The position numbers and the translations under genes are program-made. Below, piece by piece: positions 11,665 to 21,249 of a stretch of DNA of 64,000 nucleotides (position 1 is its first letter; the number at the start of each line of letters is the position of its first letter). Location: NCBI GenBank assembly GCA_963810095.1, contig CAWEMM010000006.1, forward strand, positions 416,001 through 480,000, in the 5' to 3' direction. The stretch comes from an uncultured Chloroflexia bacterium (lineage in GTDB: Bacteria; Chloroflexota; Anaerolineae; CG2-30-64-16). Below the pieces are notes generated by a model. The model worked only from the letters and a program-made list of their open reading frames with translations, did no database searches and was not told the DNA's origin.

Positions 11665-12332
11665 TTGACGCGGCTGCGCCTGGCCGTTCTGGACGTCGAT
11701 GGGACCCTTAAGCAAGCCGAGTCGCCCTACCAGTATCTGCACCGGCGGCTCGGCTGCAGCCATCTCGCAGCCGAAAACCGCAGCGCTCGCGCTGAGCGGA
11801 CGAATTTCCTACGGCGAGTGGTTGCGCCGTGACGTTGCGCTCTGGGCGGGGCAGCCGGTCGGAGAAGTGTGCCGGCTGCTGGATGAAAACCCCTTTGTAC
11901 CCGGTGCGCCGGAGTTGCTGCGCGCACTCAAGTCCAGCGGCGTAGTGGTCGCCCTGGTGTCTGCCGGGTTCACCCTCAACACTGACCCCATCGCCGCCGA
12001 GTATGGCGTCGATTACGTGCTGGCGAACGAGCTGATCGAAGAGGGCGGCCTGTTGACCGGCGCGGCGATCAATCACGTCCCCGAAGGGGGCAAGGCCGCG
12101 TTCGTACGCAGCCTCGTCCACCGGCTAGGTATTTCTGCCGACGAGACGATGGCCGCGGGTGACAGCCGCGTCGACCTCGAGTTGTTCGACTGCCGCGGGT
12201 CTGCGGATCGCCGTCAACCCGGTCTCACCCGACCTCGCCGCACGCGCAGACGTCGTCTTCACGCCCGACCTGCGAGGGTCTGTCGACTGGCTCGCCACCC
12301 ACGGGTATCTTAGCCCCCTCGAAAGCACCTGA
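11665..12332 (+). CDS. HAD-IB phosphoserine-phosphatase-like hydrolase (two apparent indels)
   Basis: LAVLDVDGTL, LVSAGF, ANEL, GK, AAGDSRVDL, IAVNP motifs across frames. Confidence 0.75.
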
Positions 12333-12333
12333 T

Positions 12334-12669
12334 TTGGACGCAATCGACTGGCCCGTACTCGGCCGCGGGATCCTATGGGTGTCCGGGCTCAGCGTCGCGC
12401 TGGCCGCGTTCAGCCACGTGCGGTGGGCCGCGAAACGAGCCGGCGTTCCTCTGCGTATTGCAATGGGTTGGGACTCATTTCTCGCGCCGTTCTTCGCGGG
12501 CCTGGTCCTATTCGCCGCCGGCATGGCGCTCGGCGCCGGCCGGCTGTGGGAGGCCATCGCCTGGGGAGTTCTGGCCCTGCTGTTTGTGTGGCAGATGGTG
12601 CTCGCAATCCGTGGGATCAGACGCGCAGACGAGGGCCCGCCCGTTAGCAGAGGAGGAGAAGGTACATGA
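12334..12669 (+). CDS. Small membrane protein
   Basis: Three hydrophobic segments; overlaps next start codon. Confidence 0.65.
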   Translation: MDAIDWPVLGRGILWVSGLSVALAAFSHVRWAAKRAGVPLRIAMGWDSFLAPFFAGLVLFAAGMALGAGRLWEAIAWGVLALLFVWQMVLAIRGIRRADEGPPVSRGGEGT

Positions 12670-13538
12670 GACGAATCAGCGAAGCAGTAGGCTGGGGCAT
12701 TTTCCTGCTGGTGGCAGGGGCCTTTCTGCTGCTCAAAAACCTCGGCGTATTCGGGCCCTGGGGCGAGGTCGCCTGGGCCGCGTTCTACACGCTGGCCGGG
12801 CTGGGCTTCCTGATCTGGTTCTTCACCGGCACGGAGCATTGGTGGCGGGCCATTCCCGCGTTTACGCTGCTGGGCATTGGCGCAGGCATGTTGGCGGCTT
12901 GGCGCAACGTCGAACTGGGCGCATGGGGGCCGGCGCTCGTCCTGTTAGGTTTGGCGCTGGGGTTCTGGGCCATCCTCATCGTGCGGAAGGAACATTGGTG
13001 GGCGTTGGTGCCGGCCGGGGTTTTGACGACCGTTGCGGTGATGCTGGGCCTCTGGTCACGTCTCGACCCGCTCGGCCGCCTCGCCGTGCTGCTGACCGGC
13101 ATCGGGCTCATGTTCCTGCTGTTGTACGTGATGCGCTATGACGAACACGACGCCCGGTGGGCGGCCGTGCCGGCTGGCGCGCTGCTCCTGCTGGGGGCCG
13201 TAACCCTCGTGACCGCGCTCCCCCTGCCTGCCGTGGTAAAAGACTGGTGGCCGATCCTGCTCGTGATCGGGGGTGCGCTCCTGATCATCCTGGGCCTGGC
13301 GCGGCGCAAATCGGAGCCGGTTACCAATCTGCCCACGCCAGGCAGCTTCGAAAGCCTGCCGCCCGCACCCGGTGCGGCCGTCGTCACCGATCTGCCGCCC
13401 GCGGATGCCCTGCCGTCGAAGCCGCGAACAACGCCCGCGCCTGTTTCACCCCAATCGTCTGCGCCCGCCGCCAAAGGTGAAGTGGACATTTACGAACTGA
13501 TCAAGCAGCAGCCGCCACAAGAGAAGCCGCCGAGCTGA
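12666..13538 (+). CDS. Multi-pass membrane protein (LiaF/DUF5668-like repeats)
   Basis: Repeated WWALVPAG motifs, DWWPILLVIGG, Pro-rich tail. Confidence 0.75.
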   Translation: MRRISEAVGWGIFLLVAGAFLLLKNLGVFGPWGEVAWAAFYTLAGLGFLIWFFTGTEHWWRAIPAFTLLGIGAGMLAAWRNVELGAWGPALVLLGLALGFWAILIVRKEHWWALVPAGVLTTVAVMLGLWSRLDPLGRLAVLLTGIGLMFLLLYVMRYDEHDARWAAVPAGALLLLGAVTLVTALPLPAVVKDWWPILLVIGGALLIILGLARRKSEPVTNLPTPGSFESLPPAPGAAVVTDLPPADALPSKPRTTPAPVSPQSSAPAAKGEVDIYELIKQQPPQEKPPS

Positions 13539-13545
13539 TGTGGCC

Positions 13546-13579
13546 AGACCTCCGGGGGCTTGCAAAACCCCGGAGGTCT
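13546..13579. repeat. REP-like hairpin (AGACCT...AGGTCT family), copy 2
   Basis: agacctccgggggcttgcaaaaccccggaggtct. Confidence 0.7.
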
Positions 13580-13599
13580 TTATTTCTGGAGGAACCGAG

Positions 13600-14821
13600 A
13601 TGACCGAAGCGTATCTCTACGACGCAATCCGCACCCCTCGCGGGCGAGGGCAAGTCGAATGGAAGCCTCCACGAAACCCCCGCCGTCGAACTGCTCGTCA
13701 CGCTCCTCCATTGCCTCCAACAGCGCCACAAACTCAACACGGCCGAAGTCGACGACGTAGTCTTGGGCTGCGTCACCCCCGTCGGGGAGCAGGGCGCGGA
13801 TATCGCCCGCCTCGCGGTGCTCTATGCCGGGTGGGACGAACGGGTGCCGGGCGTGCAGGAAAACCGGTTCTGCGCCTCGGGCCTCGAAGCGGTCAACCTG
13901 GCTGCCATGAAGGTGCGCTCGGGCTGGCAGGATTTGGTCGTGGCGGGAGGGGTCGAGGCCATGTCGCGCGTGCCGATGGGCGCGGACGGCGGCGCCATCC
14001 CGCCCCTGCCTGACCCCGACCATCGCCTCGCGTACGTTCCCCAGGGCATCTCTGCCGACCTGATTGCTACGATCGAAGGCTTCACCCGCCGCGACGTCGA
14101 CGCCTTCGCACTGCGCTCTCAGCAGCTCGCCGCAACGGCACGGACTGAAGGACGTTTCAAGTCCATCGTCCCGGTGCTGACGCCCCTCGGCCCGGTGAGC
14201 GCCGACGAGCATATCCGGCCCGAGACGACGCTCGAAGGGCTGGCGGCGCTGAAGCCGGCGTTTCAGGCGCTGGGCGAAGCGGGTTACGACGCGGTGGCGC
14301 TGAGCAAGCACCCCGAGGTGACGCGCTCAAAGAGCGGCCGCATCGAGCACGTGCACACGGCCGGAAACTCGTCGGGCATCGTCGACGGTGCGGCGCTCGT
14401 CCTGGTGGGCTCACTCGAAAAGGGTCGGGCACTGGGGTTGCAGCCGCGGGCGCGGATCGTCTCGATGGGGTTGGTGGGCACGGAGCCCACGATCATGCTC
14501 ACCGGTCCGGGCCCGGCTTCGAAGGCCGCGCTCAAGGCCGCGGGCATGTCGGCCGCCGACGTCGACCTGTTCGAGGTCAACGAGGCCTTCGCCGCGGTCG
14601 TCCTGCGCTTCATGCGCGACATGCAGATCGACAGCCTGGACAAGATTAACGTGAACGGCGGTGCGATTGCGCTGGGTCACCCGCTCGGCGCGACCGGTGC
14701 GATGCTGCTGGGGACCGCGTTGGACGAACTCGAACGCCGGGACAAGGAGACTGCGCTGATCACGCTCTGCGTCGGCTTCGGCATGGGCATCGCCACGGTC
14801 ATAGAACGCGCATCGATGTGA
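13600..14821 (+). CDS. Acetyl-CoA C-acyltransferase (thiolase) (apparent indel near 13650)
   Basis: [36 protein letters not shown]. Confidence 0.92.
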
Positions 14822-14827
14822 GCCCGT

Positions 14828-14917
14828 ATGGGACGCAGATTGAACTGATGCAACTGATTGACATGATTCTGCACAGCAACAGAGGGATCAGTCCGATCAG
14901 TTCAATCTGTGTCCTGT
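14828..14917. repeat. Long CTGAT-type palindromic repeat, copy 3
   Basis: atgggacgcagattgaactgatgcaactgat...atcagtccgatcagttcaatctgtgtcctgt. Confidence 0.8.
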
Positions 14918-14918
14918 T

Positions 14919-16742
14919 TCAATTCAGGGGGCAGAGGTCGCCGGGCGTGAAGCTGGGGTTGGCATAGCCCCAGTCGGCGAGGAACTGCCATGACCCCTTA
15001 TTGGCCTCCCCGTACTTCGTTGTGTCACGGCACGCCTGGATGACGCTGCTATTGTCCTGGTAGGACTTCAGGAACGCGCTCGCGGCCCCCTTTAGGGCGG
15101 CGTTCGTGATCTGGGCCGGCAAGGCGATAGCCTCGGCGGCGCGACCGGCGGCGACGTACGCCACGATCAGGCGGAAGCGGGCGAAGTCCCGCAGCGTCGC
15201 GACCTCATCCTTGATGGTGCCACACGCGGTCGCCCCCCGATCCGCGATGACGGCCTTATACGCTTCGATCGCCGGGTCGAAGCCGTCCAGCGCCCACTTG
15301 TCGAACGCCTGGTTCGCATCGAGGACTTTGTGGTAAAGGCACGTCGACGGGTCGTAGACCTGCGAGAACAGCACGTATGGCGCGCCCTTGGGAGAGATGT
15401 AGGTTTCCGTCCACGCCCGCTGGGGCCCTGCCCCGACCGAGCCAATCACGCCCCCGTGCACCTGGATTTCGTTCCCCTGGCCCTCGGGCGCCACATTCTT
15501 GATCCTGTACTCCGGATAAGCGATGGTTGGGGAGTCTGTGATCCAGTCCTCGTAGGCTTTGCCGTTCCAGGAATCGACGAACAACGTGCCGAAGCAGGTG
15601 TGCGCGCCGCACGAGGTGTCGCTGTAGACGACGTCGAACTTGCCGTCGGCGTTGATATCCGCGGCTTGTACAAGTTCGATGCGGCCCTGCCCGTCAAACT
15701 TGCGCGCCAAGGCGTAGCCCTTCGATCCCTTGTGGTAGACGAGTAGCTGACCCAAGGGCGTGGCCACGTTCGGTGCAGGGTCGTGGAGCACGACGATCAC
15801 GTCCGCTGAATTCGCCCCCGTGATCGATGCGACAGCGACGCCTTCGCCCGCTTGCCCTACGACCCGGCAGGCAACCAGCCATGCCTGGAGCGTGCCAGGC
15901 GTGCTGCCCGGCTTGTTCAGATACGCAGCCGCGGCGTCAGCATACCCGGCCAGGTTCTTCGGGCAGTCGGCGGGGACCGGCGGAAGGGTCGGCGTTGGGC
16001 CCGCGGGCACGGTGGGCGTGGCCGTTGGAGCGGGTGCGCCAGGGACAACCGAGGGAACGGCGGTAGGCGAACTGGTCGGAACCCCGGCCGTCGGCTCAGG
16101 CGCGACGGGCGCCGGCGTATCTGTGGGCAGCGGCGTTTCGGTGGCCGTGGCCGTAGGCTCGGTCGCAGCCGGCGTGACCGGAGTCGGGGTCAGCACGGGC
16201 TGTGCAGGCGCTGCGCCCGTTGGAGTCGCCGTGGGCGGCGGCAGCGCGGTCGTGGTCGCGGTCGGCGTGACGGGCGTCGCACCCTTCGGCAGTGCGGGAA
16301 TCCACACGCGCTGGCCGATGTACAGCCACTGCTGCCGGTTCACGAGGCCCGGATTCGCGGCCCAGAGCTGCTGCAGCGGCACGCCGGTTGCCCGGGAGAG
16401 CTTGTTCCACGTGTCGCCGGGCTTGACCTGGTACCAGTATCCGCCCTGCTCCACCCCGCCGCCTTGCGCCGGAACGCAGAGTTTCTCGCCCGCGTAGATC
16501 AGGTCACGGGGACGAATGGCCTGGGGATTGGCGCTCTTGAGCGCGCCGGCCGGCTGACCAACGCGCCGTGCAATGCTGGTCCACGTCTCGCCAAGTTTTA
16601 CGGTATAATAGTAGCCGCTGCACTGGCCTGCCTGGGGCTGATTGTCCGCCTGTGTAATGGCCACGGGGACGGCCAGGCATACCAAGCCCAACAGGGCAAA
16701 CGCCAGGATCACGTGCGAGCGGCGTATCGGGGATCGTTTCAT
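14919..16742 (-). CDS. Secreted LysM x2 protein with Pro/Thr linker and FG-GAP-like domain
   Basis: YTVKLGETW..IA and YQVKPGDTW LysM repeats; DINADGKFDV; CGAHTC. Confidence 0.85.
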   Translation of the reverse strand: MKRSPIRRSHVILAFALLGLVCLAVPVAITQADNQPQAGQCSGYYYTVKLGETWTSIARRVGQPAGALKSANPQAIRPRDLIYAGEKLCVPAQGGGVEQGGYWYQVKPGDTWNKLSRATGVPLQQLWAANPGLVNRQQWLYIGQRVWIPALPKGATPVTPTATTTALPPPTATPTGAAPAQPVLTPTPVTPAATEPTATATETPLPTDTPAPVAPEPTAGVPTSSPTAVPSVVPGAPAPTATPTVPAGPTPTLPPVPADCPKNLAGYADAAAAYLNKPGSTPGTLQAWLVACRVVGQAGEGVAVASITGANSADVIVVLHDPAPNVATPLGQLLVYHKGSKGYALARKFDGQGRIELVQAADINADGKFDVVYSDTSCGAHTCFGTLFVDSWNGKAYEDWITDSPTIAYPEYRIKNVAPEGQGNEIQVHGGVIGSVGAGPQRAWTETYISPKGAPYVLFSQVYDPSTCLYHKVLDANQAFDKWALDGFDPAIEAYKAVIADRGATACGTIKDEVATLRDFARFRLIVAYVAAGRAAEAIALPAQITNAALKGAASAFLKSYQDNSSVIQACRDTTKYGEANKGSWQFLADWGYANPSFTPGDLCPLN

Positions 16743-16961
16743 CGTCCTTCGCTCCTTTCGCGGTCTGCCCGGCTAGAAGCGGGAGCGCTATTCGCCAAGC
16801 AGATGCATCGCGCTGGGGATAGTATACACCAATCAACAAATAAATCAAGCTTAATTTTTAGGATGGCGTTTCTTCTTTCGGCTTGAGTTGCGGGTTCTCG
16901 CCCGCCATCCCGGCCCGAAATCAAGAGCCGGCCAGTCCACACAACACGCATTGGAGGAGTC

Positions 16962-17291
16962 ATGTCGAGGGAAGTCGTAGTCTACATGTCGCCGTGGTGC
17001 TCGAGCAGCGCTGACACCCAGCGAGCGTTAGCCGAGTGGGGCGTGCCGGCGAAATTCGTCAATATCAAAGAGGACCGGGCCGCCGCGACCCGCCTGCGCG
17101 AGATGGTCGGGTTCGAGAGCGTGCCCACGGTCATCTGCGCCGAAGCAGGCAGCGTCGAGCCGTGCGAGCCCCCCGTCGCATTGGCGAAGGGCGGCAGCCC
17201 GCGCGGCCTGGACCGCGGGAGCGTGATCACCGAGGCAAGTCGCGTGCAACTGCGAAGCTGGCTGGTCAAGCAAGGATTCCTCACGGAGTAA
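16962..17291 (+). CDS. Glutaredoxin-like protein
   Basis: YMSPWCSSS, ESVPTV; RBS ggagg. Confidence 0.75.
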   Translation: MSREVVVYMSPWCSSSADTQRALAEWGVPAKFVNIKEDRAAATRLREMVGFESVPTVICAEAGSVEPCEPPVALAKGGSPRGLDRGSVITEASRVQLRSWLVKQGFLTE

Positions 17292-20115
17292 GCGCTGCGG
17301 TGGCCCCCGACGGGGCCGCCACCGGCAGCCGGATCGCATCGTCGGGCAGTCGAGCGCCTTGCGGGCCGGTTGCCGGAAGGCGCACCCCCGACTTCGGGTC
17401 ATACAGTCCGACGAGAACCTCTAGAGAATCCATCGCGACGCCTGGGGGCACGGGGATGAACCGCGTGTCCTCGATAAGGCCCCCTGGCGTCCACGCCGTG
17501 GTCGGGCAGGCGCCCGCACATGCGGGGCCGTCTTTCTGTGCTTGCTTCGCACCCCCGCTCAACAGATGGGCAAACACGGTGTAGTCTGTAGCCACCGGCC
17601 GCGACGAACGCCAGTAGAGGGTCAGGCGGACGCCGGGGCCCGAGGCGCCGCTCGCCGGGTCGGCGGCCTCCAGCCGGGCATCGTAGGCTTCCAGCGTTAT
17701 GCTGTCGCCCAGCCGGACGCCTGACGCGGTCGCGTCACGGCCCGGACGGCGGCTGCCCTCAACTGCGACGCCACCTAGCGAGACAGAATCGCCGCCGCCG
17801 GCCAGCGGCACGCGTACGCCGGCCTCATCCAACAGCCCTACATTGACGCTCGCTCGAACCGGCGGCGTGCCCGTCGGTATCTTCAACCGGAAATCGTCGA
17901 CCACGTAGAAGCCGAGCGGCCACCCCTTCGACGGCATGTCACCCGCCTGCTCCTTGGTGTCGTTCACCCACGTTTCCTGCGTGACGGGCGCGTCCAGATG
18001 CACATAGGACATCAAATTCTGTGACAGCGGTTCGTGCGCTTGCCAGTACAGTCGCACGCGCAGTTCGCCCCCCTGCTTAACCGCCTCCGCGGGCAAATCG
18101 TATCCGAGAAGCTCCACGCCGTTTGCAAACCGGACGTGCAGCGGGTGCGTCATCCCGGCCGGCGCGCCGGCAGGCGACTGCATGCGGAACCACTGCGTGC
18201 CCGGCTCGATCCACAGCACCTTCAGCCCTGCCAGAACGAGGATGATGCCAACCGCCCACAGCCAACCTTCTCCCGTGGGCGCCGCGGGTTCGCGCCCGGC
18301 CCCCGGCTCCCGGCGCAGCAGCAGCCAGCCGGTCGCCACCAGGCCGGCGCCAAACAGAAGCCAGCCCACGGTGCGGGGCGGGGTGGTGCCCCAAGCTACC
18401 CGTATCTCGCTCTCACCCCCAGGTGCATCCAGCTCTATCAGTCCAAACGGCGAACTGGGGCGAATGGATGCGGGTTTGCCGTCGATCCAGGCTCGCCAGC
18501 CGGGGTAGTAGAAGCGCCGGACTACGACGGACGCGGCCTTGGGCAGCGACAGGCGATACACGTCCTCGAGGGGGGCTGCCTTAATCGCCCGGACCTGGCT
18601 CCCCTGGGGCAGCGCCGCGGCGTCGATCCGCTGGGGCGCGACGCCCGCTTCGTATGCAGCAAGCAAGGTCGTAGGTGGGTTAGGGTCCTGCACCCACCGC
18701 GGCAAGTACTCGTTGGCGCTGGTCGTGCCGCGCCAGTTGTCCTGCACCTCGTGCCGGCCGATGTCGGCAAGCGTCACGCCGCCCGCGGGCACGGGCCGCC
18801 ACAGGCCAGGAGAAGGGAACAGGTAGGCCCCAATGCTCAGAAGGGCAAGCACGAGGACTGCCCCCAGGCCGGCGATGGTCGTGCGCTTGCCCTCCAAGAG
18901 CAGCAACGGAACCGCGCCGAGGATCGCTGCCAGCAGCCCGGCCGGCCCGAGCAGGCGCCAGGGGAACGCGATGAATTTGGCGAGGGGCAGGGTGGTCCAC
19001 AGCGGCGCAGAAAACGGAAGCGTCAGCACAAGAGCCAGCGCGAGCAGCACGGCCATCGTCAGCAGGACGCGCAGCCGGCCGCGCACCAGCGGCGAACGGG
19101 CGCGCCACAACATGAAGGCGGCGGCCGCGACGCCGAGGACGGCCAGCACGGCTTGCAGGAGGCCCAGTGTGTTCGGTCGCGGCGGATTGATGCTCGAGGC
19201 GTCAAGGACCAGGCTGGGTGAGAACAGCTCGTCGGGCGGGACGAGGTTGAGTGCGGCGTTGAACATCCCGCTTTCCATTCGACCCAGGCTCCCGGAGCCC
19301 GACTCGAGCAGCCAGGGCAGCCAGAACGGCGCGCTGAGCGCAAGGCCGAGCGCGAAGGCAGCGGCGATGGGCGCGCAACGGCGCAACCCCGCGGGTCGCG
19401 GTTCGACCCGCGGGCCGTCAAACAGCGCAACGGCCAGCCCGATCGCCAGCAACACGGGATATGCGAGGAAGGCGGACGGATGGTGCGCGTAGAGCAGGGC
19501 GGCGAGAAAAAGTCCCGAGACAGCGGTCCACCGCCACGAACCTTGCCGGGCAGCCTTGACCAGGGACCACAGCGCCAAAGGCAGCAGGCTCAGCGCGAGC
19601 AACTGGGACAGGTTGCCCTGGAGGAACAGCTCGCGCAGCCGCAGTGGCGCGAAAACGTAGAGCGCGGCGGCGGCGAGCGCCGCGGCAGAAACGCTGTGCG
19701 GCGGGGCAAGCCCTTCGAACAACACCCGTGCGGCGAGGTACCCTCCGATCCCGTAGAGCAGCACGGCCAGGACCTGCACCGCAACGACGCCGCCCGAGGC
19801 GCCCAGACCGAGCAGGGCGAAGAGCGCGGCGAGGATGTGGGCGCCCGGCGCGTAGAACAGGAAGAACGGGTAACCGTAGCCGAAGTAGAAATCAGGCGCC
19901 CATTGGGGATAGAACGTCCCCGACTTCATCAGCTCGACGACCTGGACCGTGCGCAAGATGTGCACCATGCCGTCGGACGTGTTGGCAATGCCGGGGCGCA
20001 GCAGGGAGAGAAGCGGGATAATCCCGAGAAGGGCGGCGGGAATGAGCCAGGGATCGGGCACAAACCGGCGCGTCCGCGCCGCCGTGCGGGCTGGCAGGTG
20101 TTCGACTGAGCTCAA
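17281..20115 (-). CDS. GT-C-like membrane protein (PTPS-related/YfhO type)
   Basis: YPQWAPDFYFGYGYPFFLFYAP, AFPWRLL, NEYLP, FYYPGW; C-terminal LYW...DYTVFAHL domains. Confidence 0.85.
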   Translation of the reverse strand: MSSVEHLPARTAARTRRFVPDPWLIPAALLGIIPLLSLLRPGIANTSDGMVHILRTVQVVELMKSGTFYPQWAPDFYFGYGYPFFLFYAPGAHILAALFALLGLGASGGVVAVQVLAVLLYGIGGYLAARVLFEGLAPPHSVSAAALAAAALYVFAPLRLRELFLQGNLSQLLALSLLPLALWSLVKAARQGSWRWTAVSGLFLAALLYAHHPSAFLAYPVLLAIGLAVALFDGPRVEPRPAGLRRCAPIAAAFALGLALSAPFWLPWLLESGSGSLGRMESGMFNAALNLVPPDELFSPSLVLDASSINPPRPNTLGLLQAVLAVLGVAAAAFMLWRARSPLVRGRLRVLLTMAVLLALALVLTLPFSAPLWTTLPLAKFIAFPWRLLGPAGLLAAILGAVPLLLLEGKRTTIAGLGAVLVLALLSIGAYLFPSPGLWRPVPAGGVTLADIGRHEVQDNWRGTTSANEYLPRWVQDPNPPTTLLAAYEAGVAPQRIDAAALPQGSQVRAIKAAPLEDVYRLSLPKAASVVVRRFYYPGWRAWIDGKPASIRPSSPFGLIELDAPGGESEIRVAWGTTPPRTVGWLLFGAGLVATGWLLLRREPGAGREPAAPTGEGWLWAVGIILVLAGLKVLWIEPGTQWFRMQSPAGAPAGMTHPLHVRFANGVELLGYDLPAEAVKQGGELRVRLYWQAHEPLSQNLMSYVHLDAPVTQETWVNDTKEQAGDMPSKGWPLGFYVVDDFRLKIPTGTPPVRASVNVGLLDEAGVRVPLAGGGDSVSLGGVAVEGSRRPGRDATASGVRLGDSITLEAYDARLEAADPASGASGPGVRLTLYWRSSRPVATDYTVFAHLLSGGAKQAQKDGPACAGACPTTAWTPGGLIEDTRFIPVPPGVAMDSLEVLVGLYDPKSGVRLPATGPQGARLPDDAIRLPVAAPSGATAALTP

Positions 20116-20304
20116 GATGGCCTCACGAAGGGCGTGCTGCCCTCAGGCACGCATCGTACCACAGGACGATCCCTACCACCCAACCCCCGGCAGCAGGCGC
20201 TGAGGAGTCGGGCCGGGAGAGCGACAAAGCCCTCTCTTGCCTGTCGCGCCGCCCGTGTTCTATACTGCCCCCCACACGGACCTCCTTACCCGGACGGTGA
20301 TCGC

Positions 20305-21133
20305 ATGAAGCCAATCCAATCTGACGGCGGCACGCTCCAGCGTTATGATGACTTCGACTTCGGCCCCCTGGCCCCGCGTCATGTCGACGTGTGGCTGCCA
20401 CCGGCTTACGAAGACACGGGCGAAGCGCGGCCCGTCCTGTACATGCACGACGGGCAGAATCTGTTCGGCCTCCCCGAATCTTACGGCGGTAAGGACTGGG
20501 GAATCGACGACGCAATCCTGCGGCTGAGCAGAGACCCGGCCTTCGTCGCTCCCATCGTCGTGGGCGTGTGGAACAGCGCGGACCGCTGGCGCGAGTACAT
20601 GCCGCAGAAGCCCGCCGAGTCGGGCGTGATGCGCACGCGCGTTGCGCGCTTCGCCGGCCGCCCCGAGCACCGGCTCATGTCAGACGCGTACCTCAGCTTC
20701 CTGGTGCACGAGGTCAAACCGTTCGTCGACGCGACCTACCGTACGTTGCCCGGCCGCGAGTATACGGCCGTGATGGGCTCGAGCATGGGTGGACTGATCT
20801 CACTCTATGCGCTGGAAGAATATCCGGGTGTGTTCGGCGGCGCCGGCTGCGTCTCGACCCATTGGCCCGCGGGCCGCAATGCGCTGGTGCATGCGATGGG
20901 GACGGCCCTGCCGCGTGCCGGCAGCCACCGGCTTTACTTCGACTATGGGACTGCCACGCTCGATTCGTCCTATGAGCCGTATCAGCAGCGAATGGATGGC
21001 TATGTGGAGGCCGCGGGCTATCGTCGGGGCAAGGACTGGGTGACGCTCAAGTTTCCCGGGCGCGGACCACTCAGAGGCCGCATGGTCCGCGCGGGTGCAC
21101 CTCCCGCTGCAGTTCTTGTTTGATCAGGCTTGA
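20305..21133 (+). CDS. Putative esterase (alpha/beta hydrolase); apparent indel near 21060
   Basis: VWLPP, VLYMHDGQNLF, GSSMGG, YFDYGT. Confidence 0.88.
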
Positions 21134-21249
21134 AGTTGCCCCCTTGGGCCCGGATTTCTTGCTGGTTATCTTGTTGGGGGCCGGCCGGCCCTCGCGAAAG
21201 AGCAAAGGGAAGCGGCGGGGGCGGCGACTCCACCCGCCTACGATGACCA

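Noticed and set aside
15980-16290. Low-complexity repeats in the LysM gene (also 9820-9990)
   Set aside because: Ordinary Pro/Thr linkers of secreted proteins.
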